Assembly: GCA_035700105.1 (NCBI GenBank)
Contig: DASSOZ010000029.1
Coordinates: 13,605 to 77,604 of the forward strand
DNA: 64,000 bases
Origin: Acidimicrobiales bacterium
GTDB taxonomy: Bacteria; Actinomycetota; Acidimicrobiia; Acidimicrobiales; DASSOZ01
Direction: 5' to 3'
The notes beneath the pieces are model-generated. The model was not told the origin of the DNA. It saw only the letters and a list, made by a program, of their open reading frames with translations, and ran no database searches. A program made the position numbers and the translations under genes. Positions 8,447-17,437 of the stretch are shown here, in pieces; position 1 is the stretch's first letter; the number at the start of each line of letters is the position of its first letter.

Positions 8447-9694
8447 TCACACCCGATCGAGTTCGAGCATCTTGATGGCGTTGCCCCGCAGCACCTTGTA
8501 CGCGACGTCGTCGTCGAAGCCGGCGAGCATCTTCTCGACGTAGGCCTTCGAGTCGGGCCACGTCGTGTCGGTGTGCGGGTAGTCGGTCTCGAAGCAGATG
8601 TTGTCGACGCCGACGGCGTCGAGCGACGCCAGGCCGTGGTGGTCGGCGGTGAAGCAGCCGAAGATGCGGCCGTAGTAGTAGGTCGACGGCGGCTCGGGGA
8701 CAAGCTCCTTGGAGTGCTGCCAGCTGTCGTGCTGCTCCCAGACGGTGTCGGCCCGCTCGAGCGCGTACGGGATCCAGCCGATCTGACCCTCGCTGTACGC
8801 CAGCTTGAGCTGCGGGAAGCGGATGAGGTTGCCGCTGAACAGCCAGTCGGCGAGCGACGCCATCGAGTTGTTGAACGCCAGCGTGCCGCCGACGCCGCCG
8901 GGCGCGTCGGGGCTGGCGGCCGGGTTCGTCGACGACGACCCGATGTGCATGCACAGCGTGACACCCCAGTCGTTGCACACCTGGAACAGCGGGTCCCAGT
9001 AGCCGGTGTGGATCGTCGGCAGCTTCAGGTGGTGGGGGAGCTCGCTGAAGCAGATGGCGCGCACACCGCGCTGCGCGTTGCGGAGCGTCTCGGCGGCGGC
9101 GAGCTCGACGTCCCACAGCGGGATGAGGCAGAGCGGGAGGTTGTAGCCCCGTGACGGGCCGCACCACTCCTCGACCATCCAGTCGTTGTAGGCCTTGACG
9201 CACGCGAGCCCGAGCTCCTTGTCGGCGCCCTCGTGGAACGTCTGGCCGCAGAAGCGCGGGAACGTCGGGAACGGCAGCGACCCGTCCGTCCAGTTGCGTT
9301 CGAGGTCCTCGACGCGGGCGTCGCGGTCCCAGCAGCCCTTGCGCATCTCGTCGTAGGTCACCGCGGTCATCTGCATCTGGCTGCGGTCGAAGTCGATGCC
9401 GCCGTCGCCGTCGCCCCGCTCGGTCGTCGCCGACTGCGGGATGGCGACGAACCGCTTGTGCACGTAGATGAGGCGGCCGTCGTAGTACCAGGCGTCGCCC
9501 CACATCCCGTCGGGGTCCTCGTTCATGACGTAGCGGGCGCCGGGCTGGTGCTGGAACGGACCCCACCGCTTGCGCTCGACCTTCGGCCCGCGCTCGCGGT
9601 GCTTGGCCGGCAGCCACGTCTGCCACACGTGCGCCGGCTCGACGACGTGGTCGTCGACGCTGATGATCTTGGGGAGCTCGCGCAGCGGCGCCAC
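8447..9694 (-). CDS. amidohydrolase family 2 protein (ACMSD-like metal-dependent hydrolase/decarboxylase)
   Basis: IISVDDHVVEP near the N-terminus, CMHIGSS, and C-terminal ICFETDYPHTD. Start GTG 9694 is preceded by TAACCT plus 8 nt, a leaderless-type arrangement. The ORF-track 954-aa entry is an artefactual upstream extension. Confidence 0.8.
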   Translation of the reverse strand: MAPLRELPKIISVDDHVVEPAHVWQTWLPAKHRERGPKVERKRWGPFQHQPGARYVMNEDPDGMWGDAWYYDGRLIYVHKRFVAIPQSATTERGDGDGGIDFDRSQMQMTAVTYDEMRKGCWDRDARVEDLERNWTDGSLPFPTFPRFCGQTFHEGADKELGLACVKAYNDWMVEEWCGPSRGYNLPLCLIPLWDVELAAAETLRNAQRGVRAICFSELPHHLKLPTIHTGYWDPLFQVCNDWGVTLCMHIGSSSTNPAASPDAPGGVGGTLAFNNSMASLADWLFSGNLIRFPQLKLAYSEGQIGWIPYALERADTVWEQHDSWQHSKELVPEPPSTYYYGRIFGCFTADHHGLASLDAVGVDNICFETDYPHTDTTWPDSKAYVEKMLAGFDDDVAYKVLRGNAIKMLELDRV

Positions 9695-9702
9695 GGCCCG
9701 GC

Positions 9703-9708
9703 AGGTTA
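9703..9708 (-). promoter_or_regulatory. -10-like hexamer TAACCT, 8 nt upstream of GTG 9694 (leaderless arrangement)
   Basis: Read on the minus strand. No SD lies between the hexamer and the start. The palindrome begins 7 nt further upstream. Confidence 0.45.
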
Positions 9709-9715
9709 CGCCGAC

Positions 9716-9733
9716 CCTGACACGCGTGTCAGA
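9716..9733. promoter_or_regulatory. 18-bp palindrome CCTGAC-ACGCGT-GTCAGA (core is a perfect 16-mer CTGACACGCGTGTCAG)
   Basis: Centred in the 48-bp divergent gap between the amidohydrolase start (9694) and the thiolase start (9743). Confidence 0.65.
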
Positions 9734-9742
9734 CTCCCGGCC

Positions 9743-10930
9743 GTGGCAGACATCCGTGAGGCGGTCATCGTCGACACCGTCCGCACCGCGTTCGGCAAGC
9801 GCGGTGGGGCGCTGGCGAACTGGCACCCGAGCGACCTGCTCGGGTTCACGCTGACCAACCTCCTCGAGCGCAACGACGTCGACCCGAACCTCGTCGACGA
9901 CGTCGTCGGTGGGTGCGTCACCCAGTCGGGCGAGCAGGGCTGCAACGTCACCCGCAACGCGTGGGTCGCCGCCGGGCTGCCGCAACGGGTGCCGGCGACG
10001 TCGGTCGACCGGCAGTGCGGCTCGTCGCAGCAGGCTATGCACTTCGTCGCCGCGTCGGTGATGGCCGGCGTCTACGACCTGGCGATCGCGTGCGGTGTCG
10101 AGTCGATGAGCCGGGCGCCGATGGCGTCGAACGCCCGTGGCGGGACGGGACCGTTCTCGCCGTCGTACCTCGACGCGATCGACGGCCAGCTCTGGGCGCA
10201 GTTCCGGGTCGCCCAGGTGCTCGCCGAGCGGTCGAAGATCACGCGTGAGGACATGGACGAGTACGCCCTCGAGTCGCACCGGCGTGCGGCGGCGGCGACC
10301 GACAGCGGCCACTTCGCCCGCGAGATCCTGCCGGTCCCGCTCAAGGACGAGCACGGCGACCTCACCGGCGACGTGCTGTCCGCCGACGAGGGCATCCGGC
10401 GGGGCGGGACGATGGAGTCCATGGCGAAGCTGCCACCGGCGCAGTCGTGGGAGCCGGAGACGGCGCCGGACATCACCGCCGGCAACTCGTCGCAGATGAC
10501 CGACGGCGCCGCAGCGATGCTCGTCGCGTCCTCCGACACCGCCGAGCGCCTCGGGCTGCCCGTCCGGGCCCGCGTCGCGGCGATGTCGGTCGAGGCCGAC
10601 GACGCGGTGCTCGTGCTGAGCGCCCCGAACCCCGTCACCCGCAAGCTGTTCGGGCGCTACGGCTACACCACCGACGACTTCGACGCCGTGGAGTGCAACG
10701 AGGCGTTCGCCGCCATTGCGCTCATGTGGGCGCGCGAGTTCCTCCCGGACATGGAGCGGTTCAACCCCCGCGGCGGCGCCATCGCCATCGGCCACCCGCT
10801 CGGCGCGTCGGGCGTGCGCATCACGACGACGCTGCTCAACCACCTCGAGGCCACCGGTGGCCGGCGCGGCTTCCAGACGATGTGCGAGGGCGGCGGCCAG
10901 GCGAACGCGACCGTGATCGAACGCGTGTAG
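9743..10930 (+). CDS. acetyl-CoA acetyltransferase / thiolase
   Basis: 395 aa from GTG 9743 (VADIREAVIVDTVRTAFGKRGG). Active-site context VDRQCGSSQQA, then NEAFAA, GGAIAIGHPLGASG and CEGGGQANA. Confidence 0.85.
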   Translation: MADIREAVIVDTVRTAFGKRGGALANWHPSDLLGFTLTNLLERNDVDPNLVDDVVGGCVTQSGEQGCNVTRNAWVAAGLPQRVPATSVDRQCGSSQQAMHFVAASVMAGVYDLAIACGVESMSRAPMASNARGGTGPFSPSYLDAIDGQLWAQFRVAQVLAERSKITREDMDEYALESHRRAAAATDSGHFAREILPVPLKDEHGDLTGDVLSADEGIRRGGTMESMAKLPPAQSWEPETAPDITAGNSSQMTDGAAAMLVASSDTAERLGLPVRARVAAMSVEADDAVLVLSAPNPVTRKLFGRYGYTTDDFDAVECNEAFAAIALMWAREFLPDMERFNPRGGAIAIGHPLGASGVRITTTLLNHLEATGGRRGFQTMCEGGGQANATVIERV

Positions 10931-10960
10931 CGCGGGGCTCGGTATGTCACCCTTTACGTA

Positions 10961-13900
10961 GTGGAGGGCAAAGGGGGCGTCCTCGGCACCGTGTCGGTGC
11001 TGTTCACCGATCTCGTCGGGTCGACGGAGCAGCGCGTCCGCCTCGGCGAGGACGCGGCCGACGCCCTCCGTCGCGTCCACGACGAACTCGTCGGCGCCGC
11101 CGTCGTCGGCTCGGGCGGAACCGTGGTGAAGCGTCTGGGCGACGGGGTGATGGCGACGTTCCCCGCCGCCGCCGACGCGGTCGCCGCTGCCGTCGCGATC
11201 CAGCAGGCGATCGCCCGGCACGGCGCGGCGGTGACCGACCCCGGCCGGCGACTCGCCGTGCGGATCGGCCTGTCGACCGGCGACGTCATGGTCGAGGGTG
11301 ACGACGTCCACGGCACGCCCGTCGTCGAAGCGGCCCGCCTGTGCGCGAGCGCGCTGGGTGGGGAGATCCTCGCCGCCGAGCTCGTCCGCATGCTCGCCCG
11401 CTCACGCGGCGTCGCGACGTTCGAGCCGATCGGCGACGTCGAGCTCAAGGGCCTGCCCGAGCCGGTCGCGACGTGCCGCGTGCTGTGGGAGCCGGAGGCG
11501 GACGCGGGCGGCGCTCGGCCGCCGCTGCCGCCGCTCCTCGTGGGCACCCCGGCGACGGGGTACGTCGGGCGCGACGGGCTGCGGGCGACGCTCGCGGATG
11601 CGTGGCGTGGCGTCGCCGCGGGCGGGTGCCGCGCCGTCCTGCTCGCCGGCGAGCCGGGCGTGGGCAAGACCCGGACGGCCGCCGAGCTCGCCCGGCTCGC
11701 GTACGACGAGGGCGCGGTCGTGCTCTACGGCCGCTGCGACGAGGACCTCGGCGCGCCGTACCAGCCGTTCGTCGAGGCGCTCACCGCGTACGCGATGGAC
11801 GCGCCACCCGACGGGGTGCACCTCGGTCGCCTGCCGGGCGAGCTGACCCGCCTCGTCCCCGAGCTCTCCGAGATGGTCACCGGGGTGGGCGCGCCCGTGG
11901 CGTCCGATCCGCGCTCGGAGGAGTACCGCCTGTTCGAGGCGACGGCGTCGTGGCTCGTCGACGCCGGCCGGGCGAGTGGGCTGGTGCTGGTCGTCGACGA
12001 CCTCCACTGGGCGGCTCGCCCGACGCTGCAGCTGCTGCTGCACGCGCTTCGGGCCGCATCGGCGGAGCGCGACGCCCGCGTGCTGGTGGTGGGGACGTAC
12101 CGCGACACCGACATCGACCGGTCCCACCCGCTGTCGGACGTGCTCGCCGAGCTCCGGCGCCTCCCGCTCGTGTCGCGCCTCTCCGTCGACGGGCTCACCG
12201 AGGACGAGGTCGTGGCGTTCGCCGAGGTCGCGGCCGGGCACGAGCTCGACGACACCATCCGCGCCCTTGCCCGCACGGTGCACGCGGAGACCGACGGCAA
12301 CGCCTTCTTCGTCGGCGAGGTGCTGCGACACCTCGTCGAGGTCGGCGCCGTCCGCCGCGACGGCGACCGCTGGGTCGTCGCCGCGGGCGCCGTCGACGTG
12401 CCGGAGGGTGTCCGCGATGTCGTCGGCCGGCGCGTGTCGCGCCTGTCCACCGACGCCAACACCGTCCTCTCCGTCGCGGCCGTGGTCGGGCGCGAGGGCG
12501 ACCTCGACGTGGTCGCCGAGGTGGTGGACCTGCCCGAGGGCGCAGTGCTCGACGCGTTCGACGAGGGCGTGCGCGCCAGGCTGCTCGAGGAGAGCGACGT
12601 CGACCGGTACCGCTTCGCCCACGCGCTCGTGCGGACGACGCTGTACGACGAGCTGTCGGCGACCCGGCGGCGCCGGCTGCATCGACGCATCGCGGAGACG
12701 CTGGAGAAGCTGCATCGCGACGACGTGGTCGCGCTGGCCTATCACTCGTTGCAGGCGGGTCCCGACGGTGGCGACGCGACGCGCGCCGCTCGGTACTCGA
12801 TGGCTGCGGGCGACCAGGCGTTGGCGCAGCGGGCCCTGGCCGACGCCGAGGTTCGGTACCGCACCGCGCTGGAGCTCGTCGACGACAGCGGCATCGTCGA
12901 CGAGGACGTCCGGCTGCGCGCCATGTGCGGGCTGGGCGAGGCCCTGCGTGACCAGGCCCGCCCCGAATACCGCGAAACGCTCCTGCGCGCCGCCCGCGAC
13001 GCGCGGACGGCCGGCCTCACGGACCTGCTCGTGCGGGCCGTGCTGTCGAACGACCGCGGCTACGCGTCGATGATCGGGCGCGTCGACGACGAGCGGGTCG
13101 AGATGATCGAAGCCGCGCTTGCCGCCGTCGGCGACGCGCCGACCGCGGAACGCATCCGACTCGTCGCGCTGCTGTCGCAGGAGCTGTTCTTCGGGCCGCA
13201 GCGCGACCGCGCCCGCCGGCTCGGTGCCGAGGCAGAAGCACTGGCACGCGACGTCGACGACGACCGGCTCCGCTGCGAGGTCGTCATCCGCTGCGGCCTC
13301 TCGAGGATCCACCAGATCCCCTTCCCGGAGTACCTGGTACGGATCGAAGAGGGCGCGGCGATCGCCGAGCGGCTCGGCGATCCGGCCCTTCGCGTTGTCA
13401 CCGGGTTGTTCCTGTCGTCGGCACGGCTGACCGTCGGCGACGTCGACGGCGGCCGGGCCGCGGACGCGGCCAACGTTGCGGGCGCGTCGGATGGCTCGCC
13501 GTCACTCGTGTGGACGGCGAGGTCACACGCGATGAAGTGGGCGGTGGCGTGCGACCCGATCCCGGTGTCGACGGCGGCGAACGACGAGTGCCGCGACATG
13601 GGCGAGCGCGCGGGCGAGCCCGACCATCTCAACTGGTGGGCGGCGACGTTCGGCGCGATCGACATGATGCGTGCCGGCGACGTCGCCGCGCTGGCCGACG
13701 TCGCCGGCGCCTACGCGGCCGAGTACCCGGGCGCGCCCACGTGGCGGATGTTGCAGGCGCTCGCACTCGCCGACGCAGGCCGGGTCGACGAGTGCGACGC
13801 GCTGATATCGCGCCACGGCCTCGACCCCCGCCGGCTCATCGACGAGCCGTTCCCGTTCGTCGCCGCCGCGGGATGGGCACGACTCGCGCACCGCCTACGG

Positions 13901-14254
13901 CGGCCCGACATGGCGCGGGACGCCGCCGAACTGCTCACGCCGCATTCGGGGCTCTGGACGCACTTCTTCCTCGCGACCTGGGGTCCGGTCGACTACGACC
14001 TCGCGCTCTGCGCGTCGTTGCTCGGCGAGCACGACCGTGCCGTCGAGCTCGCCACCGGTGCGCTCGCGATCGTCGCCGACGCCGGGATGGTCACGCTGCG
14101 CGACCACCTGTCGCTCGGTGTCGCCGACGTACTGCGTGGCGCGGGGCACGGCGACCGCGCCCGCACGCTGCTGCGCGAGGTCGTCGACAGCACCGCGGTG
14201 ACCGGTGCCGACGGCGTGCGCGCACGGGCGCTGGCGATGCTCGGGGAGGTCTGA
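10961..14254 (+). CDS. class III adenylate/guanylate-cyclase-homology domain + P-loop STAND/AAA ATPase + TPR-like helical repeats; no DNA-binding domain seen
   Basis: N-terminus VSVLFTDLVGST...VKRLGDGVMATF (cyclase homology). Walker A LLAGEPGVGKTRTA, then VLVVDDLHWA. The long C-terminal alpha-repeat region ends without a LuxR-type HTH. Confidence 0.8.
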   Translation: MEGKGGVLGTVSVLFTDLVGSTEQRVRLGEDAADALRRVHDELVGAAVVGSGGTVVKRLGDGVMATFPAAADAVAAAVAIQQAIARHGAAVTDPGRRLAVRIGLSTGDVMVEGDDVHGTPVVEAARLCASALGGEILAAELVRMLARSRGVATFEPIGDVELKGLPEPVATCRVLWEPEADAGGARPPLPPLLVGTPATGYVGRDGLRATLADAWRGVAAGGCRAVLLAGEPGVGKTRTAAELARLAYDEGAVVLYGRCDEDLGAPYQPFVEALTAYAMDAPPDGVHLGRLPGELTRLVPELSEMVTGVGAPVASDPRSEEYRLFEATASWLVDAGRASGLVLVVDDLHWAARPTLQLLLHALRAASAERDARVLVVGTYRDTDIDRSHPLSDVLAELRRLPLVSRLSVDGLTEDEVVAFAEVAAGHELDDTIRALARTVHAETDGNAFFVGEVLRHLVEVGAVRRDGDRWVVAAGAVDVPEGVRDVVGRRVSRLSTDANTVLSVAAVVGREGDLDVVAEVVDLPEGAVLDAFDEGVRARLLEESDVDRYRFAHALVRTTLYDELSATRRRRLHRRIAETLEKLHRDDVVALAYHSLQAGPDGGDATRAARYSMAAGDQALAQRALADAEVRYRTALELVDDSGIVDEDVRLRAMCGLGEALRDQARPEYRETLLRAARDARTAGLTDLLVRAVLSNDRGYASMIGRVDDERVEMIEAALAAVGDAPTAERIRLVALLSQELFFGPQRDRARRLGAEAEALARDVDDDRLRCEVVIRCGLSRIHQIPFPEYLVRIEEGAAIAERLGDPALRVVTGLFLSSARLTVGDVDGGRAADAANVAGASDGSPSLVWTARSHAMKWAVACDPIPVSTAANDECRDMGERAGEPDHLNWWAATFGAIDMMRAGDVAALADVAGAYAAEYPGAPTWRMLQALALADAGRVDECDALISRHGLDPRRLIDEPFPFVAAAGWARLAHRLRRPDMARDAAELLTPHSGLWTHFFLATWGPVDYDLALCASLLGEHDRAVELATGALAIVADAGMVTLRDHLSLGVADVLRGAGHGDRARTLLREVVDSTAVTGADGVRARALAMLGEV

Positions 14255-15411
14255 TGTCGATCGTCGACGAGCCCGATCCGTACGAGCTGTGGCGCGAGGC
14301 GCGCGCGAGTTGCCCGGTCGGCAAGGTGGCCGACGAGGACGTGTCCGGCGGGCGCGAGGTCTGGTGGGTCACGCGGTTCGCCGACGTCGAGCACGTGCTG
14401 CGAGACGGCGACACGTTCTCGTCGCGGATCAACGACGAGACGATGGGCCCGGTGATGGGCACGACGCTCATCGCCATGGACGGCGCCGAGCACCGGCGTC
14501 ACCGCGACCTCGTCGCCAAGGCGTTCCGCCCGTCGGCGGTCGAACGGTGGGGTGAGGAGCTGATCCGCCCGACGACCGTCGCGCTGCTCGAACGGATCGC
14601 TCGCCGGGGCGACCGGCGGGCCGACCTCGTCGCCGACCTCACGCACCGCTATCCGGTGCAGATCATCGCCGCCATCCTCGGCGTGCCAGTCGAGGACCAC
14701 GAGCTGTTCCAGGAGTGGGCCGAGGGCATCAACCACGGTCCCACCGACCTGTCGAGGTCACTGCCGGCGTCGAAGGCGATGACGGAGTACCTGCGCCCGA
14801 TCGTCGAGGCGCGACGGGCTGCGCCGACCGACGACCTGCTCAGCGACCTCGTCACCGCCGAGGTCGACGGCCACACGCTCGACGAGGAGCACCTGTACGG
14901 CTTCCTCCGCCTCCTGCTGCCGGCCGGGGCCGAGACGACGTACCGCATGCTCGGGTCGTTGCTGCACTCGCTCCTGACGCACCCCGACGCGCTCGAGGAG
15001 GTGCGGGTCGACCGCACGCTCGTCGGCGCGGCGATCGAGGAGACGCTGCGGTTCGAGACGTCGGTGACGATCGTCAACCGTGAGCCGCTCGACGACGCCG
15101 ATGTCGGCGGCTGCATCGTTCCCGCCGGTGTGTCGCTGCTCGTCGCCACCGGCAGCGCCAACCACGACGAGTCGCGCTACGCGCGACCCGACGAGTGGGA
15201 CCTCCACCGGCCCCCTACGCCGCACCTCGCCTTCGGCACCGGCCGGCACCAGTGCCTCGGGATGCACCTCGCCCGCCTCGAGCTGCGCATCGCGCTCGAG
15301 GAGGTGCTCGACCGGTTGCCGGGGCTGCGGCTCGACCCGGACGACCCGGTCCCACCGATCACCGGCTTCGCCTTCCGGTCGCCGGCCCGCCTCCCCGTCG
15401 TCTTCGACTGA
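14254..15411 (+). CDS. cytochrome P450
   Basis: 385 aa. I-helix AGAETT, ExxR (ETLRFE) and heme-Cys loop FGTGRHQCLGMHLA. Its ATG overlaps the upstream TGA (TGATG). Confidence 0.9.
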   Translation: MSIVDEPDPYELWREARASCPVGKVADEDVSGGREVWWVTRFADVEHVLRDGDTFSSRINDETMGPVMGTTLIAMDGAEHRRHRDLVAKAFRPSAVERWGEELIRPTTVALLERIARRGDRRADLVADLTHRYPVQIIAAILGVPVEDHELFQEWAEGINHGPTDLSRSLPASKAMTEYLRPIVEARRAAPTDDLLSDLVTAEVDGHTLDEEHLYGFLRLLLPAGAETTYRMLGSLLHSLLTHPDALEEVRVDRTLVGAAIEETLRFETSVTIVNREPLDDADVGGCIVPAGVSLLVATGSANHDESRYARPDEWDLHRPPTPHLAFGTGRHQCLGMHLARLELRIALEEVLDRLPGLRLDPDDPVPPITGFAFRSPARLPVVFD

Positions 15412-15435
15412 CGCCCCCGGCGACGCGATCGGTCC

Positions 15436-16113
15436 CTAGCCCAGCCTGGGGAGGCGGCGGTTGCAGGCGTCGAGCACGGCCCGCGCCACCGCGTCGGCCA
15501 CACCGGCCCCACCTGGGTCGCGCACGACCGCCGACCCGCACACCGTCTCCTCGAACGGCGGTACGGCGAACACGACGCTCGCGAGGGCGGCGTCGCGGTT
15601 GCCCGCCCGCACGACCGTCGCCATCTCCACGTCGGCGCAGTCGGCGGCCGGGAACAGGCGCCGCAGCGCCTCGAGCGTCGCCTGGGCCACGAGGCGGGGC
15701 TGCGCCGACGTCGCGACCGATCCCTCGGACTCGGCGCTCGCGACCTCGCCGCCCTGACCGAGCGTCACCTGCACGCGCGTCCGGACGCCGTGCGACGCGA
15801 GGTCGATGCGCTCGATCGTGACGCGGTTCCGCGTCGGGGCGTCGGCCGACGCCATGACGGCGGCGTCGTCGCCGGGCCCGCCCTCGAGCTGCACGACCGA
15901 GATGATGCGGCGGTCGAGATCGAGCCCGAACGTCGCCATGGCGACGGACTGGATGTCGCGCACGATCTGCTTGGCGTGCTTCTCCAGCGTCGCGAGGACG
16001 TGCACCTCGATCGGCCGCCCGATCTCGTCGTCGACGATCCGCACGGCACTGACTGCCGGGATGCGGCACAGCGCCTCTTCCACCTCGCACACGGCGAGTG
16101 TCCCGATGTCCAT
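15436..16113 (-). CDS. hypothetical cytoplasmic protein, apparently two domains, family not recognised
   Basis: 225-aa ORF with coding-type GC3 bias and no TM segment or signal peptide. It is the last gene on the same strand after the SDR and ADH genes. Confidence 0.55.
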   Translation of the reverse strand: MDIGTLAVCEVEEALCRIPAVSAVRIVDDEIGRPIEVHVLATLEKHAKQIVRDIQSVAMATFGLDLDRRIISVVQLEGGPGDDAAVMASADAPTRNRVTIERIDLASHGVRTRVQVTLGQGGEVASAESEGSVATSAQPRLVAQATLEALRRLFPAADCADVEMATVVRAGNRDAALASVVFAVPPFEETVCGSAVVRDPGGAGVADAVARAVLDACNRRLPRLG

Positions 16114-16186
16114 CCCGTTCGCGTCGGCACCGGACGGTTCGCAGCGATCCGTCGACCGGCGGACTACCGCGCGGTAACGGGGTTGG

Positions 16187-17437
16187 TCACCGCTGGTCGA
16201 TCGTGACCTTGACCGCGCCCGTGCGGCCCTGGTCGGCGATGCACACCATCGCGTCGCGCCACTCGTCCAACCGGAACGAGTGCGTCAGCATCGGCGTGAG
16301 GTCGATGCGGCCGGCGGCGACGAGATCGAGGTGGTGCTGGATGCCGTGCCGGCGCACGCCCTCGATCTCCTCGATGCCGAACGCGTTGGAGCCGACCCAA
16401 CTGATCTCCTTGAAGTACAGGGGGCTCCACTCCCAGCGACCCGAACCGTGGAAGCCGCTCTTCACGAGCGTGCCCCGCGCCTTCAGCAGGCGTACCCCCA
16501 CCTCGAACGTCTCCGGCTTGCCCACGGTGTCGTAGACGACGTCGATGCCACCGGGGTGCGCCATCGGCAACCCCTGCATCGGCTGGCGCAACCGCCCGCC
16601 GGACCACGCGGCGAGCTCCTCGACGATGCGCAGCCGGTCGTCCGACGGCAAGACGATCGACGCGCCCAGCTTCTCGGCCAGGCGCTGCTGCGCGTCGAAC
16701 CGGGCGACGACGGCGACCTCGACCGACGGGTACAGCGCCCGCAGGATCGCGACGGCGCAGGTGCCGAGCGACCCGGCGCCGTAGACCAGCACGCGCCCGC
16801 CCTCGGGCGGTGGGTGGCGGGTGATCGAGTGCAGCGACACGGCGAACGGGTCGGCGGTGACGGCCTGCTCGTCGCTGAGCGACGCCGGAACCGGGAACAG
16901 CATCGACGGGTGCGCGGGCATGCGCTCGGCGTAGCCACCCGTCGCGTCCGCCGACACGCCGGAGTGGATGCCGACCGAGATCGACCCTTCGGCGAACGAC
17001 CAGCACAGGCTGTAGTCACCGGCCTCGCACGCCGGGCACACGGGGTCGATGCCGCGGGGCACGCACGACAGCCACGGGTTCAGCACGACCCGCTGTCCGA
17101 CGTCGATGCCCCAACGGTCGGCTTCGGGGCCGAGCTCGACGACCTCGCCGACGACCTCGTGCCCGAGCACCTGCGGGAACGAGCAGAACGCCGACATCGC
17201 GTTGTCGGCCTCGTCGTCGCCGAAGTCCAGCAGTATCTGCTTGGCGTCGCTTCCGCAGATGCCGACGAGGCGCGGCGCGACGACGACCCAGTCGGGGCGC
17301 AGGGGCCGGGCGTCGGGGACGTCGCGCAGCGCGACCGGCGTCGCCGCGAGGTTCTGCACGAGTCGGTTGTCCTCGAGTCCCGCCGGCGGGGTCCACGAGT
17401 CGGCCGGACCGTCGCCGAGGAAGACGAGCGCCTTCAC
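16187..17437 (-). CDS. zinc-dependent alcohol dehydrogenase (MDR family)
   Basis: GICGSDAKQ, GHEVVGEVVELG, the CPACEAGDYSLC structural-Zn loop, and a VYGAGSLG Rossmann motif. Confidence 0.85.
   Translation of the reverse strand: MKALVFLGDGPADSWTPPAGLEDNRLVQNLAATPVALRDVPDARPLRPDWVVVAPRLVGICGSDAKQILLDFGDDEADNAMSAFCSFPQVLGHEVVGEVVELGPEADRWGIDVGQRVVLNPWLSCVPRGIDPVCPACEAGDYSLCWSFAEGSISVGIHSGVSADATGGYAERMPAHPSMLFPVPASLSDEQAVTADPFAVSLHSITRHPPPEGGRVLVYGAGSLGTCAVAILRALYPSVEVAVVARFDAQQRLAEKLGASIVLPSDDRLRIVEELAAWSGGRLRQPMQGLPMAHPGGIDVVYDTVGKPETFEVGVRLLKARGTLVKSGFHGSGRWEWSPLYFKEISWVGSNAFGIEEIEGVRRHGIQHHLDLVAAGRIDLTPMLTHSFRLDEWRDAMVCIADQGRTGAVKVTIDQR

Noticed and set aside
10961-14254. STAND NTPase with TPR repeats as an antiviral Avs-like defence gene
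   Set aside because: There is no nuclease, protease, TIR, Sir2 or other effector domain, no mobile-element or defence-island context, and the neighbours are metabolic. The cyclase-ATPase-TPR layout matches signalling proteins common in actinobacteria. I kept it only as a signalling oddity.
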